From positions 82,522,001-82,586,000 of the forward strand of contig OZ024740.1 in the NCBI GenBank assembly GCA_964016885.1: a DNA stretch of 64,000 nt, in the 5' to 3' direction. The stretch is from Eledone cirrhosa. Its lineage: Eukaryota. Under the pieces are notes generated by a model. That model did no database searches. It was not told the origin of the DNA and saw only the letters and a list, made by a program, of their open reading frames with translations. Shown in pieces: positions 1-12,322 of the stretch (its first letter is position 1; every line of letters starts with the position of its first letter). Both the position numbers and the translations under genes were made by a program.

Positions 1-249
1 GATATGTAATTTTGTAGTCCAGAGGATTTTAGTGTGCTAAACTAGGTGGATACTTGCTGTTTCTATTGTTGGATTTGCGATGATTTTAAAGTTCTTCCTC
101 TGTTAATCCGGTCATACAATAATTACATTGTTTTCATAGCTTTAGGCCTTGGCTGGGATCATGTTTTACAATTACTCTTTTGCGTATGCTGCAGTTAATT
201 TTGGTGAGAAAATTGTAAACAAAAAGATCGAAATCACTGGATATCGATC

Positions 250-305
<56 letters not shown>

Positions 306-314
<9 letters not shown>

Positions 315-873
315 CGTAAGATAAGAAAATAATTTTTAAAACATTTTTAAAAAAATTCTTTACTTACTTACTTAAATTTTCACTCCAACTAATTAGTTTC
401 TGCAATGGGATAAAGACAGTTACGTAATCCAACTGTCGAGAATTCATTGCGTCATCAGGGAGTCTATTCTCAGCTGAGTCTCCAGGCAATGCGCGGACAC
501 TGGCGGCTCATATAAAAATAATAATAATTCGGTAGAAAGAACAGCTGGCGAGGACTGGATTCGATGTACTGAAATTCTCACTGCTTCTAGTCAAATGGCC
601 GATTCTAAAGAATCAATCACGTGACACAGAGGCTAGTTAGAAGGAATGTGATGGTAAAATGACTGACGCCTACTAACACCCCCAAACAAATTTAGAAGTG
701 GTTTTGGCAGGTTTGCTCGACAAATCAGTGATTTGGAGATAAATAGTTGGATTACGTAACTGTCTTTATCCCATTGCAGAAACTAATTAGTTGGAGTGAA
801 AATTTAAGTAAGTAAGTAAATAATTTTTTTAAAAATTTTTTTTAAATTATTTTCTTATCTTACGTCTTTTATA
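306..873. mobile_element. Fold-back PLE pseudo-LTR insertion in (TA)n (arms ~306-433 and ~745-873)
   Basis: AAAGACGTAAGATAAG...TAATCCAACT is repeated in inverted orientation; abuts (TA)n at 252-308; carries a hammerhead motif. Confidence 0.75.
382..463 (-). ncRNA. Type I hammerhead ribozyme
   Basis: Minus strand: ACTCC-CTGATGA-CGCAATG...CATTGCA-GAAAC-TAATTA-GTT-GGAGT; stem I ACTCC/GGAGT, stem II GCAATG/CATTGC, palindromic loop III, GUU site. Confidence 0.85.
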
Positions 874-989
874 TTATTGTTCTGCACCCTCCTGCATTGA
901 ACCACCTAGGTACTATGACATAACCTGTGTATTTGCTGGCATGGACGTGCATCTGTGCGCCTATGTTAGTTGATATATTAAATTATCTA

Positions 990-1026
<37 letters not shown>

Positions 1027-1028
<2 letters not shown>

Positions 1029-1210
1029 CAAAGAGGGTGTGGTAAGATACCAGGTGGACCATAACGCACCAGAGTAATCAATACTTAGGGTAGTGGATTG
1101 GGAAATATGAAAAGAGTCAGAACGCCGACAGCTGAGCTCCGGCCCACTCGATATGTGAGATATTAAGAGTTTAAATGTACGGGCCTTATTCTTCAGTTTT
1201 GTGACCTCCA
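1027..1210 (-). mobile_element. Decayed PLE pLTR/tail fragment, same family as 49556-49745
   Basis: Reverse complement matches 49620-49745 (CCCTAAGTATTGA..TGGTGCGTTATGGTCCACCTGG); abuts (TA)n. Confidence 0.6.
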
Positions 1211-2208
1211 TATATTTTGTTTGTGCATCATGTTAACAGGATTTTATGTTGTTGAGAAAAGCAACACATGGTATTCCTGATGTATGTTGAGCAATCTAAA
1301 ATGAAACAGAGAAAATGATTATAATATGGGTACACAATATATGAAAGACGTGAAGGTGAAATGACTTATATATGCATCTACATATGTAACAGCTTGAGAT
1401 TAGTGGTCTGTATCTGGATCCAATATTAATGAGTGTTTAATATTTCTATGATATAAACATTACAAGAAATCGTGTCATATATTTCAATAAACTAGAATTA
1501 ATTTGCTTATGTAGATCGTCTACATCAGGTTTGTGTCTTCCTTGCAATGAATCTCTAATCGATTGTCACCTTAGTTTAAACTAGTGGCGGTGGAGAAATT
1601 AATTTCTACACATCAGTCGTTTATCTTTTATTGAATTGTGTCCCTCCTGCTGAAATATAGTCCTTCTACTTTATGGAAACTGAATCCATATATTTTATAT
1701 TAGTAAGCAGGATATGTATTTGTGAGTCTCACTCATTTGATTACATAATTTGACTCATCTCTTTAAATAATTTTGCTCTCCTCCCAGTCACTCACAGCAG
1801 ATTGTTGTTGGCAACTAAATATCAATATTCTTCCAACTTACTTTTAAATACGAAACGCTTCTAGTAATATACATAGATTTATACCAAGCGAAAAGTAATC
1901 AATAATGTTTAGATTTATTTCATTTAGTTCAAATAGCCCTCAAATAGCATTTATTTTTCAGCGGGCATTAGTGACATTTCATGAAATCTTTAAAACACAG
2001 TGGATGGGATATTTGTAGTATAAAGCCGCATGACCTTTATTGACGTTGATATTTAACTTATGGCATTGAAACAGAAAGACGGACCTAGTTGAGGATATGG
2101 TGATGACGCCTTCTCCATAGGTTTGATTGGTATAGTAACATGAAATTTGTGACGATACACAATAGGAAAAAGAACGTAAAATACATACTATGCGAAAATA
2201 TACAATTT

Positions 2209-2239
2209 CACACGCGCGCGCGCACACACACACACACAC

Positions 2240-2275
<36 letters not shown>

Positions 2276-2376
2276 ACACATACACACACGCACCCCCCCC
2301 CCCACACACACACATACACACCCACCCACACACATACACGCACGCACGCACACACACACACACACACACACACCAA

Positions 2377-2420
<44 letters not shown>
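2209..2420. repeat. (CA)n microsatellite
   Basis: Direct inspection. Confidence 0.97.
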
Positions 2421-2421
<1 letters not shown>

Positions 2422-2630
2422 ATACAAGTATATATATATATATATATTTAATATAAATAAACAGCTTAATTTCCTTCACGCTGTATTGCTATTGCAAAGA
2501 AACGGTTTTTTCTCCGAAAAAATCTCTGAATTTCCATATGTTTAGAAAAATTCCTATATCTTAAACATAAACATTTATTGTATATATATGTGTGTGTATG
2601 TGTATGTATATATATATGTATATATATATG

Positions 2631-2695
<65 letters not shown>

Positions 2696-5222
2696 TAATA
2701 ATATATAGTATTTTTAAATAAAATATATAGATCTTTTTAATAATATATAGGTTTTTTTAATAATATATAGATCTCAATTTTTAATGTATAGATTTCAATA
2801 ATTTAATTGATAAACTAAAAATTTAATCAAATTTAAACATTAGATAATATTCTCCGATTATTATTATTATTTATTTATTTTCTATTCACGTTTATTTACT
2901 CCGCCTAACTCATCCACTAAATATTTATTTTTTTGCTTCATCTTAAAATTTACGTTATAACAACAACCTCTCACTTAGGGTTTTCTCTTTCTCTTTCTTT
3001 TGTTTTCCTTCTTAGAGTTTGCTCTTTCTTTTTCTCCTTTTCTTTTTCTTTTTCTTTTTCTTTTTACTTTTTTCCATACTCCAACGGCCTATTTTAAATC
3101 TATTTTAAATCTACACGGCCCGTCGCGCCTATTTTTTTTTGTTCTTGCATGCATCTTTTGCTCAATTATTTTTTTCATTGATGTGCTCTTTCAGCATTTG
3201 TTCTTGCTGATTCAATTATCTGTGGGTCCTCGGTTTCTTCGTTAACGATTTTCGGCTGAAAATCTGCTCGGAGGTGATGCAGTGACCTACATTCCGCGGG
3301 CTCACATACATTCTCTGTGCGTGATTTGGCTCAGCTCAGCCAATCAGCGCCAGTAGAAGAGGATGTATCCCTACGCGTTCTGAGGGAGAAATAGCCCGCA
3401 AAGATTTGAGGACGCCACCACTTCCAGGCTAGATGACTCGCAGCTTCGACCGTGCTAAGGTAAACAACCATCTTTCTTGCGCCGTGAAATCACTAGCCAA
3501 TATGTAACACAACAATTTAACCACGGCCTGGCAACGCTTCTCTCAGCCTGTAGCCCTTGTCTTTCTGGAATCTTAATTCGTTTGTTTAATTTCTCTTGGC
3601 ATGCCAGCTCAACCTCTGTTAATAAATAATGTAAAACCAAGCTAAAAGTCGTTGTCGATATTCCTATTATATCTTTCTAGCAAACCTGGTTCCTCGTGGC
3701 AACATTACAACAACTTCTGAAATATACTTCTCCGCTAAATCTGGTGACAACAAATCTTTCACCAAATTGGTGACATTATACCTCAACCAAATTGGTGACT
3801 TATATTCAACAAAGAGAAACATTTATTTCCTTTAAATTCATTGGTTAAGGATTCTTTCAGAAGGTCGATCGATTGTGGAAGATCGATATATCGACTGGCA
3901 TGGTATCGGCCACGTTGCTACCTGTTTCAAATCTAGAAACTCCTGGTCATTAGACTGCCCTCTTCACAAAAACACTAAATTGCGATTTTCCCGTTATGTA
4001 TATATATATATATATATATATATACTTAATAGATTAACATAGAAAGCTATTAGCGATACTCCGACCAACTTCCATCTCACTCAACAAACATTAGGAAATA
4101 CCTAAGTATATTTCCAATTTAACGCTTGGGGTCTATACAATCGTATTATGTGGAAAGTCGGCAGTATTATTTTATATGAGAGATAATTAAATAAATCTCA
4201 CTTTCCATACAATCGTTTCGTTATAAGATTTCTACAAGGTAGGAGAACAATATCAACAGATTTACAGATTTACTTGCAAGTGGCTCTTATACCTCTTCAG
4301 TGGAATGCCCAAGCAATATCAATATAAAACAACTACGTCGATATTAATATTCAGCGATATTCACCTTCAGTGCTAGAAGAACCGCTAAGTTTGAAAGTCC
4401 AGCAGTCCTTAAAAAATAAATTCTCACACTGTCCCAAAATGAAAAGGGGAGGTTATCGTTAAATATAAAATAATATACACGCAGGTCAGTGAACCCAGTT
4501 AGGAATCAAAACCACGTGTTAAGAACTCAACTGGATAATAATAATAAAAAATATATGTACTTATTATTTAAGTATACATATAAATATTTCATAAATATAT
4601 ATATATTTTAAATCGACAGTAAATCGGATTTATGTATGGCTTTACTTTTTCAGAGGACAAGGAAAACATACAAAAAAGATAAGTTTTTGTGCTTTGACGC
4701 AATTATTTTGAAGTATATTTTACATATATTAGCGTTTTAAACATGTTTATTTTCACCGTGTGATACCTTCATAGGAGACAACACACACACGTGCTTTCTA
4801 TTTTTCTTGACTACCATACAGAGCATACGTAATCTAATTTTAATTTAATTAAATAGATCTTGTATTATTTTGATTTTTCTGAGGGTGGAGTCTTCGACTT
4901 GGCCTGAGCATAGACTCAAACTCAAATGAAATGAAATGAAATAACATAATTTAATTTAATATAATTTTATTTGTTTTTGACTCTGTGAACATGTGTTTGT
5001 TATTTCTTGTTTGATATGTTGATATTACAATAACTTTCGTCAATCTATACGGTTCCCGTTATTTATATTTGTAAACAAACATTTAGATTCAACTTATATA
5101 CAACTTACATCGTGTTTCTATATCTTTATGATTTCGGTTTCTTCCATTCATTAATTTAATTTAAAATTTATTTTTATTTTTATTTCATGAACTGCTATTG
5201 CTCACGCTGTCTCTCTCTCTCT

Positions 5223-5422
5223 NNNNNNNNNNNNNNNNNNNNNNNNNNNNNNNNNNNNNNNNNNNNNNNNNNNNNNNNNNNNNNNNNNNNNNNNNNNNNN
5301 NNNNNNNNNNNNNNNNNNNNNNNNNNNNNNNNNNNNNNNNNNNNNNNNNNNNNNNNNNNNNNNNNNNNNNNNNNNNNNNNNNNNNNNNNNNNNNNNNNNN
5401 NNNNNNNNNNNNNNNNNNNNNN
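5223..5422. other. Assembly gap (200 N)
   Basis: Run of n next to a (CT)n tract. Confidence 0.99.
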
Positions 5423-5573
5423 CATTCCCACTGTCTCTCTTTCTCCCCTCCACAGTGAAATGGACTGCATGTAGGAAAAAAGCTGAAATTAAGAGTCAAC
5501 GAAACTGGTCAAAGATGGAACTAGCGGTTTTGATCAAGGGGTGGACCATGGCTGATGGTCTCCACCAAGCAAA

Positions 5574-6401
5574 ATGATGGCGGAGAACCTGAAGAGCCAT
5601 GGGTTTCTGAGGGCCCTGGCACAGATAGAGAGAAAGGGAAAAGAAATTGAGAAGGCGCATGTCCTAATAGCGCCATATATGGCGATGCTAAGCCGTGTCC
5701 TCAGGGAGGAGAAAACCGAAGAGAGGGATGAGGAGAAAGAGAAGGAAAAGGAAAAGGAAAAAGAAAAGGAGGACAGCACAAGCACGGACCTGAAAGAAAA
5801 TGATATACCCTCCCGCCACAGCAGGGAGGGCAGGCCGGGCAACCAACAAGCAAAGGGCAAAGGTGAAAAGCGAAATCACCTTCCGAAGGAGAACCAAGCG
5901 CAGAGGGACCCAGTGGACAACTGTTCAAAGGAAGAACAGAAAGCACCGAGGCACTGGGAGCAAACAACCCAAGTAACGTGCAAGTTTTTCAAGAACGGGA
6001 CATGCTGGCATGGAGAGACAGGGATGGGATGCAGATACGCCCACCCTAGGTCTCAAACGAACTATGCCCATCCTACTCGCGCAACATGCCCCAGCCAAAG
6101 CCGAAATAAGCCGCTCCAGAAGTATGCTGTTGTCGCGCGTGCCGCACCAACAAGGAGAAGTCACGCACATGCCGACGAGATACAGATGGCAGCAGCAGAG
6201 CAGAAAAAATATTTAGTGATGGCAGAGAAGATTGTGGGACAGCTGACCTCGCTGCATCGTCTCCAGAGCCAGGGTCATCCACACCAGCACTCGAAACCAC
6301 CACAGTTAAGGGACCCAGAGTGGCCGCCGCTGACACCAGACCAGGTGTCATACCGACAGCCATTACTGGCACCCCAAAAGTCACACCAGTGCTGCTGCTG
6401 A
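5574..6401 (+). CDS. LINE ORF1-like protein with CCCH zinc finger (may be 5'-incomplete)
   Basis: 275-aa ORF with charged coiled-coil-like stretch and CKFFKNGTCWHGETGMGCRYAH; overlaps the start of ORF2. Confidence 0.65.
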   Translation: MMAENLKSHGFLRALAQIERKGKEIEKAHVLIAPYMAMLSRVLREEKTEERDEEKEKEKEKEKEKEDSTSTDLKENDIPSRHSREGRPGNQQAKGKGEKRNHLPKENQAQRDPVDNCSKEEQKAPRHWEQTTQVTCKFFKNGTCWHGETGMGCRYAHPRSQTNYAHPTRATCPSQSRNKPLQKYAVVARAAPTRRSHAHADEIQMAAAEQKKYLVMAEKIVGQLTSLHRLQSQGHPHQHSKPPQLRDPEWPPLTPDQVSYRQPLLAPQKSHQCCC

Positions 6402-8560
6402 ATGTCAGAGGCCTGGTAAAACTCAGTAACATGAGTAAAATGTCCTACCTGGGAGACTTAGCCATAAGCAATCAAGCACTATGCATGGCACTAACTGAAA
6501 CGCACCTGACAAGCAGTATAGCAGATGCAGAAATACATATACCAAAATATACTGTATTTCGTTCGGACAAGAAGGAGAGAACTCATGGTGGGGTTGCTCT
6601 GTATATCCGTGAAGATGTCACACCAATTGTACTGTTGACACATTCAAACTCAGTCTGTGACACACTGATAATACATATGAAGCAACTACAGACAGTAATA
6701 TGTGTCACATATCGGCCGCCCGATGCCCCCAGTCATGAGGGTAAATTTGAGGATAGCCTAAGTAGGATAGAAGAGGTCCTTGACAAACTGGACCAGGGTC
6801 TCAACATCCTACTGCTGGGAGACTTCAACCTACCAAAGGTCAAATGGCCTGAGGGCCACCTCCTCCCTGGAATGACGTCAATAGAACAGAGACAGACGGA
6901 ATCCCTGCTGGCCCTCACACACAAGCTGTTCATGGAACAAACAATTCTCCTCCCAACAAGAGGCGAACATGTCCTGGACCTCTGTTTTACAAACAACGAA
7001 GTGTTCATCCACAATGTAAAGGTGACACAAAACAATTCTCTCGGATCATAACTTAGTAGAGCTAATGATATGTGGTCCAAGAGAACCAACAGAGACAAAA
7101 CTACCAATAAGCTCCGGGACGCTATCCAGCCCTTAACTTCTACAAGGCTAACTGGAAAAAGATTAACAGAGAAATCCGGAAGCAAACATGGAGTGAAAAC
7201 ACCACCACACAAGACACTAACACACAATTTCAACACTTCATAACAAACGATACACACTATATGCAAAAAGTTTGTCCCAGAGAAAGAGGCAAACAGACAC
7301 AAAAAATCTTATTCCCAGAGATAGGAAAATCCTTATGAGACGTAGAACTAAACTCTCAAACCAGTTGAATAGTCACCAAAAACAAAAACAAGAAGGAATC
7401 CTATTTGAAACGTGCACTACTTGACACCGAGATTGCACTCAAACTTTCCCATGAGAATGGGAGGGCAAAGAAAGAGAACAGGGCCATAGAAAACATTAAA
7501 ACAAACCCTAACGCCTTCTTTAAATTTGCAAAAGAAACTGCCTTAGTACACTGCAAGATCGGGCCACTCTTCCATACGGACGGTTCATTAACCGAAAACC
7601 CCCAAGAGATATGTGAAATACTGAACGAACAGTACAAAAGTGTGTTCACATGTCCATTGAGGCACATGCAAATAACGAAGCCAGAGGAGTTCTTTGATGC
7701 CACAACACTACATCAAGAAATGGCAACCATCAACCACATAGACATAACGGAGGAGGATGTGGTGTACGCCATTGATGAAATTAGAACAGACTCGGCTGCT
7801 GGACCTGATGGATTCCCAGCAGTTCTCTTAAAAATAAGTAAGCGGGCCTTAGCAACTCCACTGAAGATGCTCTTCAGAAGCTCCTTGGCTAGCGGTGTAC
7901 TACCCAGGGAGCTGAAAGAAGGCACAATATGCCCTATCCATAAAGGAGGTAGCAGAGCGGAGGCCAAACACTATAGGCCAGTTTCCCTGACGTCGCATAT
8001 CAGTAAGGTCATGGAGCGAGTCGTCAGAAAGAAACTGATCACTTTCCTCGAGGAAAATGACCGCCTGACTAGCACGCAACATGGCCTCCGCCCAGGAAGA
8101 AGCTGCCTTACACAGCTGCTACATCACTACCACTGGGTACTGAGACAACTACTAGACAGCTCACATGTAGACGTGATATATCTTGACTTTGCGAAGGCCT
8201 TTCACAAGGTCGACCACGGAATGATATGTCACAAACTACACGGACTCGGCATAACTGGAAAAGTAGGTGAGTGGCTGCATGGCTTCCTAAGGGATAGAAG
8301 CCAGGCAGTCCCAGCAAATGGGGCCCTCTCGAGGGAAACACCAATAACAAGTGGGGTGCCCCAGGGGAGAGTCCTGGGACCACTGTTTTTGGTGGCTCTC
8401 TCAGACATGCCCTCTGTAGTGCATACAACAACATCCCTCACTAGCTATGCTGATGACACTAAGGTAGCACAGGCAATCAAAACCGCGCCTGAAGCTGCCC
8501 TTTTACAGCAGGATCTGGATGCCATATACAAATGGGCGGAAGAAGACAACATGCAGTTTA
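6320..8560 (+). pseudogene. LINE ORF2 (APE endonuclease + reverse transcriptase), frameshifted
   Basis: NVRGL, LTETHL, GGVALYI, YRPP, GDFN, LDLCF; AGPDG, YRPVSLTS, DFAKAF, GVPQG, YADD. Confidence 0.92.
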
Positions 8561-8699
8561 AGACAACATGCATTGAGGATGACATCAACTTCGAAATCCT
8601 TAACCACTGTGAGTGTTTTAGCGAAATTGATAGCTCTAAGGAGAAGTGGGCCAAACTTCTAATTTCAGGTATAATTCTATCAAGAATCGTTTTACTAAG

Positions 8700-10227
8700 T
8701 CTACCTAAATCGGAGTCCGAGTTAGGTAGACTTAGTAGACTTAGTTAGTAAGCTTAGTAGACTTAGTAAAACAATTCTTGATAGAATTATACCTGAAATT
8801 AGAATTTTGGCCCCTCTTACACTGTGGAACAATTCTTTCGCGGTGATTGATTGGTTCAACGGCATATGTAATAAGGAACATTGCACTTCTCCTTAGAGCT
8901 ATCAATTTCGCTAAAACACTCACAGTGGTTAAGGATTTCGAAGTTGATGTCATCCTCAATGCCCGAAAGTCGGTGATTAATTTCGACGACTCTATTTGGA
9001 TTAAAAAATCCAATAGTACCCCATTCGACGTGAGTATGGGCGCCAGTGACTCTGCGGAGGTTACTGATCTTATTGGTCTTTTCCTTCTTTTCTCTATCAA
9101 GGACGAATTCCCCAACGCGGGCGGTGGTTTGTACCGTGACGATGGTCTTTTGACCATGACTAAGTGCGGACCTCGTGCTTGCGACAGGTTCAGAAAAGAA
9201 CTCACAGCCTTCTTTAAAGGCTTCAACCTCTCTATGCAGGTTGAGGCCAATCTCTCGGTCGTTAATTACCTCGATGTTACCTTCAAATTATTGAATGGGT
9301 TGTATTACCCGTATAGAAAGCCGAATGATACGCTTAATTACATAAGTAAGCATTCCAACCATCCTGCCAGCATAACCAAGAACCCTGGTAAGAAACGTTT
9401 CGTTGAGGCTTTCCCGTCTTTCCACCAACGAGCGTATTTTCAACGACCATTCCACTTATTACAATGAAGCTCTTGCTCGAAGTGTATTTGTCGATAAGGT
9501 AGCATATACAGAGTACGAAAATAGACCTAGAAGAAATAGATCCCGTCGCATTTGTTGGTATATCCCACCATATAATATGGAGGTGGCCACACCATTAGCT
9601 AAGATCTTTCTTTCCCTTATTACGAAGCATTTTCCCCCTACACATAAATATAGTAAAATTGTTAATAGAAATACTATTAAAATGTCTTACTCTACGACTC
9701 CTAACCTTGCACATAACATGACAGCTTCAAATTTAGCTAAACTACCTAGCCGTAGGAACACGTGCAACCCTGTAGTTAGTACTAACTGTAATTGTAGGAA
9801 TCGGGCTGATTGCCCCCTATCCGGGAAATGCCTCTCTCGTAACATTGTCTACAAATGTAAGATTGTAACACCCACGTCCCGTAGGGCCTACATAGGGTTA
9901 ACCGCCAATAGTTTCAAGTAGCGTCTTTACTTGCATACCCATTCTTTTCGTTACCCTCTAAGAAGGAATATGACGTCACTTTCAGCTTATATCTGGAGTC
10001 TAAAAGACAACCACACCCAATATAAGTTACACTGGGAGATCCTAGCTAGGGCTAGATCGTATAACGGAAATAAAAGACCATGTGACCTCTGCGCCGCTGA
10101 GGCCCTGGAAATACTCTACGCCACGGACCACATCTTAAACAAAAAATCTGAGGCAATTTCGGCTTGTAAACATAAATTGCACAAAACTTTCCTGTATTAC
10201 AGCCCCACGTTATACCCTAACGGATAG
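8700..10227 (+). pseudogene. PLE RT + GIY-YIG ORF, disrupted
   Basis: ORF pieces 8847-9467, 9403-9921 and 9931-10227 are homologous to 28837-31158; the FDI motif region is deleted. Confidence 0.9.
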
Positions 10228-11141
10228 TACGATCTATACGTGGATATTTCACGTCTTGATGTGGGACCTAAGTATATGTTTTGTTTATTCCTTTCCTTAT
10301 TTGCATAGGTAAGTATATATTACCCGTATGGTTTGTGAAGGTACGTATACCTTCTCGTACCTATATTTGATTGTTATGGCGTATAATTTTTATATATTCT
10401 GGTACATAGGGTTTGGCTATGTGTATACGGGAGTTTTGCATCTGTGTGAGTATGCAGGTTCGTACGTATGGTGGGTGCGTGTATATGTGTACTTCTTTTT
10501 TTAGTCGACTTACGTCTCCGAACATTCGTGTATTTATATGTAGGTATGGGTGTGCGCTTGTTATATACGTATTTATTTATTTATATACGATTATATATTA
10601 TTATTTATTTATTTGTATACACGCATACACACACACACATATTTATACGTGCGTGGTTTTGTATACCTATGGTAAGGTTTTGCGTATGCTTGTGTATGTA
10701 CGTATTTGTTTGCGTGTATGTATTTATTTATTTCTATTACTTCTGTATTGTATTTATTTACTTTGTTCTTAACTCTGTAGCGGAGATTCATTTGGTCTCC
10801 TAGTTAGAATTTTAGTCTACGACTTCTGCTATACATTTACGTGGTTTTGTCTTTGCGTGCTATTGTTCTCCACGCACCACATATGACGTATAATCTTCGT
10901 TTTTTCGTTCATTGCCAGAGAACGTCTCTATTCACCACCTAAGAGAACATTAATCTACGACCTCTTTTATACCATAAACGTGGTTCTGTCTTTGCGCGTA
11001 ATTGCTTTTCAGCGCTCCTATTAATGACGTATTATTCGTTTTTTCCCGTTCTTTGCCAGCGAACGTAACCACGAACCAAAGTATCGTCTTCCTGTCTTCC
11101 TCCGGTTGAAACGTTTTTTTGAAATACCCAGTTCTGCGTTT

Positions 11142-11217
11142 ACAGATTGACTTTGTTAGTTTCAGAATATCCCGTTAAGGGTGAAAGCAGCGATTCTTTG
11201 CTTAAACTTTAATCTGT
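11142..11217 (+). ncRNA. Hammerhead-like motif, variant core (CAGAATA in this copy)
   Basis: AGTTT-CAGAATA-TCCC GTTAA GGGT-GAAA-GCAG..TTGC-TT-AAACT; distal stem ACAGATT/AATCTGT. Confidence 0.6.
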
Positions 11218-11315
11218 TATTTTAATAAATATTTGCTCTACGGTTCTTATATATTTGATATATATCTATCCTTATCGAGCCCTCTTTGGATTTTAGTCTA
11301 CGAATTTATTATTAT

Positions 11316-11318
<3 letters not shown>

Positions 11319-11401
<83 letters not shown>

Positions 11402-11414
11402 ATATTATATATAT

Positions 11415-11446
<32 letters not shown>

Positions 11447-11495
11447 ATATATATATTATATATAATATATATATATATTATATATATATATATAT

Positions 11496-11527
<32 letters not shown>

Positions 11528-11559
11528 ATTTATATATATATATATTATATATATATATT

Positions 11560-11622
<63 letters not shown>
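11319..11622. repeat. (TA)n microsatellite
   Basis: Direct inspection. Confidence 0.97.
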
Positions 11623-11624
<2 letters not shown>

Positions 11625-11628
<4 letters not shown>

Positions 11629-12252
11629 GCGAGGTCTTTTTTTACAAAATGAAAAATAACCTAGGTGTCCTACACGAGTGAATGTATAAAGAAAAAGAGA
11701 TGAAATCGAAAATGCAACTGGAGTCTTATTTTTTTAAAATAATATATATATTTATTTGGTTCCTTTACCGGTGTCGCAGTTCTTCTGCTTTTCAAAAGGT
11801 GAGTTGAGATGGAGGGTCTGTGGTTTTTCTCACGTCTGGTTGGTCTCTGAATGTTACTTGTTTTATATGGAAAAAGTGGCTCGAAATGCCAGGTTTTTCG
11901 AGAAGTAATTTGATTGGTTTGTCAATAATTATAATAAATTTCGCGCTAGTTCGCGTTACAATAGTTCTTCAAATAAGAGGGGGGGGGGTGGCGAACTGGC
12001 GCGAAATTTATTATAATTATTGACAAACCAATCAAATTACTTCTCGAAAAACCTGGCATTTCGAGCCACTTTTTCCATATAAAACAAGTAACATTCAGAG
12101 ACCAACCAGATGTGAGAAAAACCAACGACCCTCCATCTCAACTCACCTTTTGAAAAGCAGAAGAACTGCGAAACCGGTAAAGGAACCAAATAAATATATA
12201 TATTTAAAAAAAAAATAAGACTCCAGTTGCATTTTCGATTTCATCTCTTTTT

Positions 12253-12259
<7 letters not shown>
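11625..12259. mobile_element. Fold-back pLTR insertion (arms ~11685-11953 and ~11991-12259) between (TA)n tracts
   Basis: ~270-bp inverted repeat; another family copy at 55399-55640. Confidence 0.8.
12146..12183 (+). ncRNA. Minimal type I hammerhead with U3-A8 compensated core
   Basis: CCTT-TTGAAAA-GCAG AAGAA CTGC-GAAA-CCGG-TA-AAGG; all stems pair; palindromic ACCGGT; GUA site. Confidence 0.8.

Positions 12260-12322
<63 letters not shown>

Larger units (their letters stand above)
5423..8560 (+). mobile_element. CR1/Jockey-group LINE retrotransposon, 3'-truncated at a PLE junction
   Basis: ORF1 followed by APE endonuclease and RT motifs; ends abruptly after YADD...WAEEDNMQF. Confidence 0.9.
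8570..11320 (+). mobile_element. Hydra-clade-type Penelope-like element, 5'-truncated with a short 5' inversion, ends in (TA)n
   Basis: RT MGASDSAE / GLYRDDGL, CNCRNRADCPLSGKC linker, IVYKC..YIG endonuclease; 3' pLTR 10787-11320 with HHR. Confidence 0.9.

Noticed and set aside
1979-2456. VC/HT/YI/LS/E-rich ORFs here and throughout (e.g. 11233, 15855, 31819, 42289, 49313, 50729)
   Set aside because: Translations of microsatellites that lack stop codons
5185-5499. ORFs spanning poly-X
   Set aside because: Artefact of the N gap
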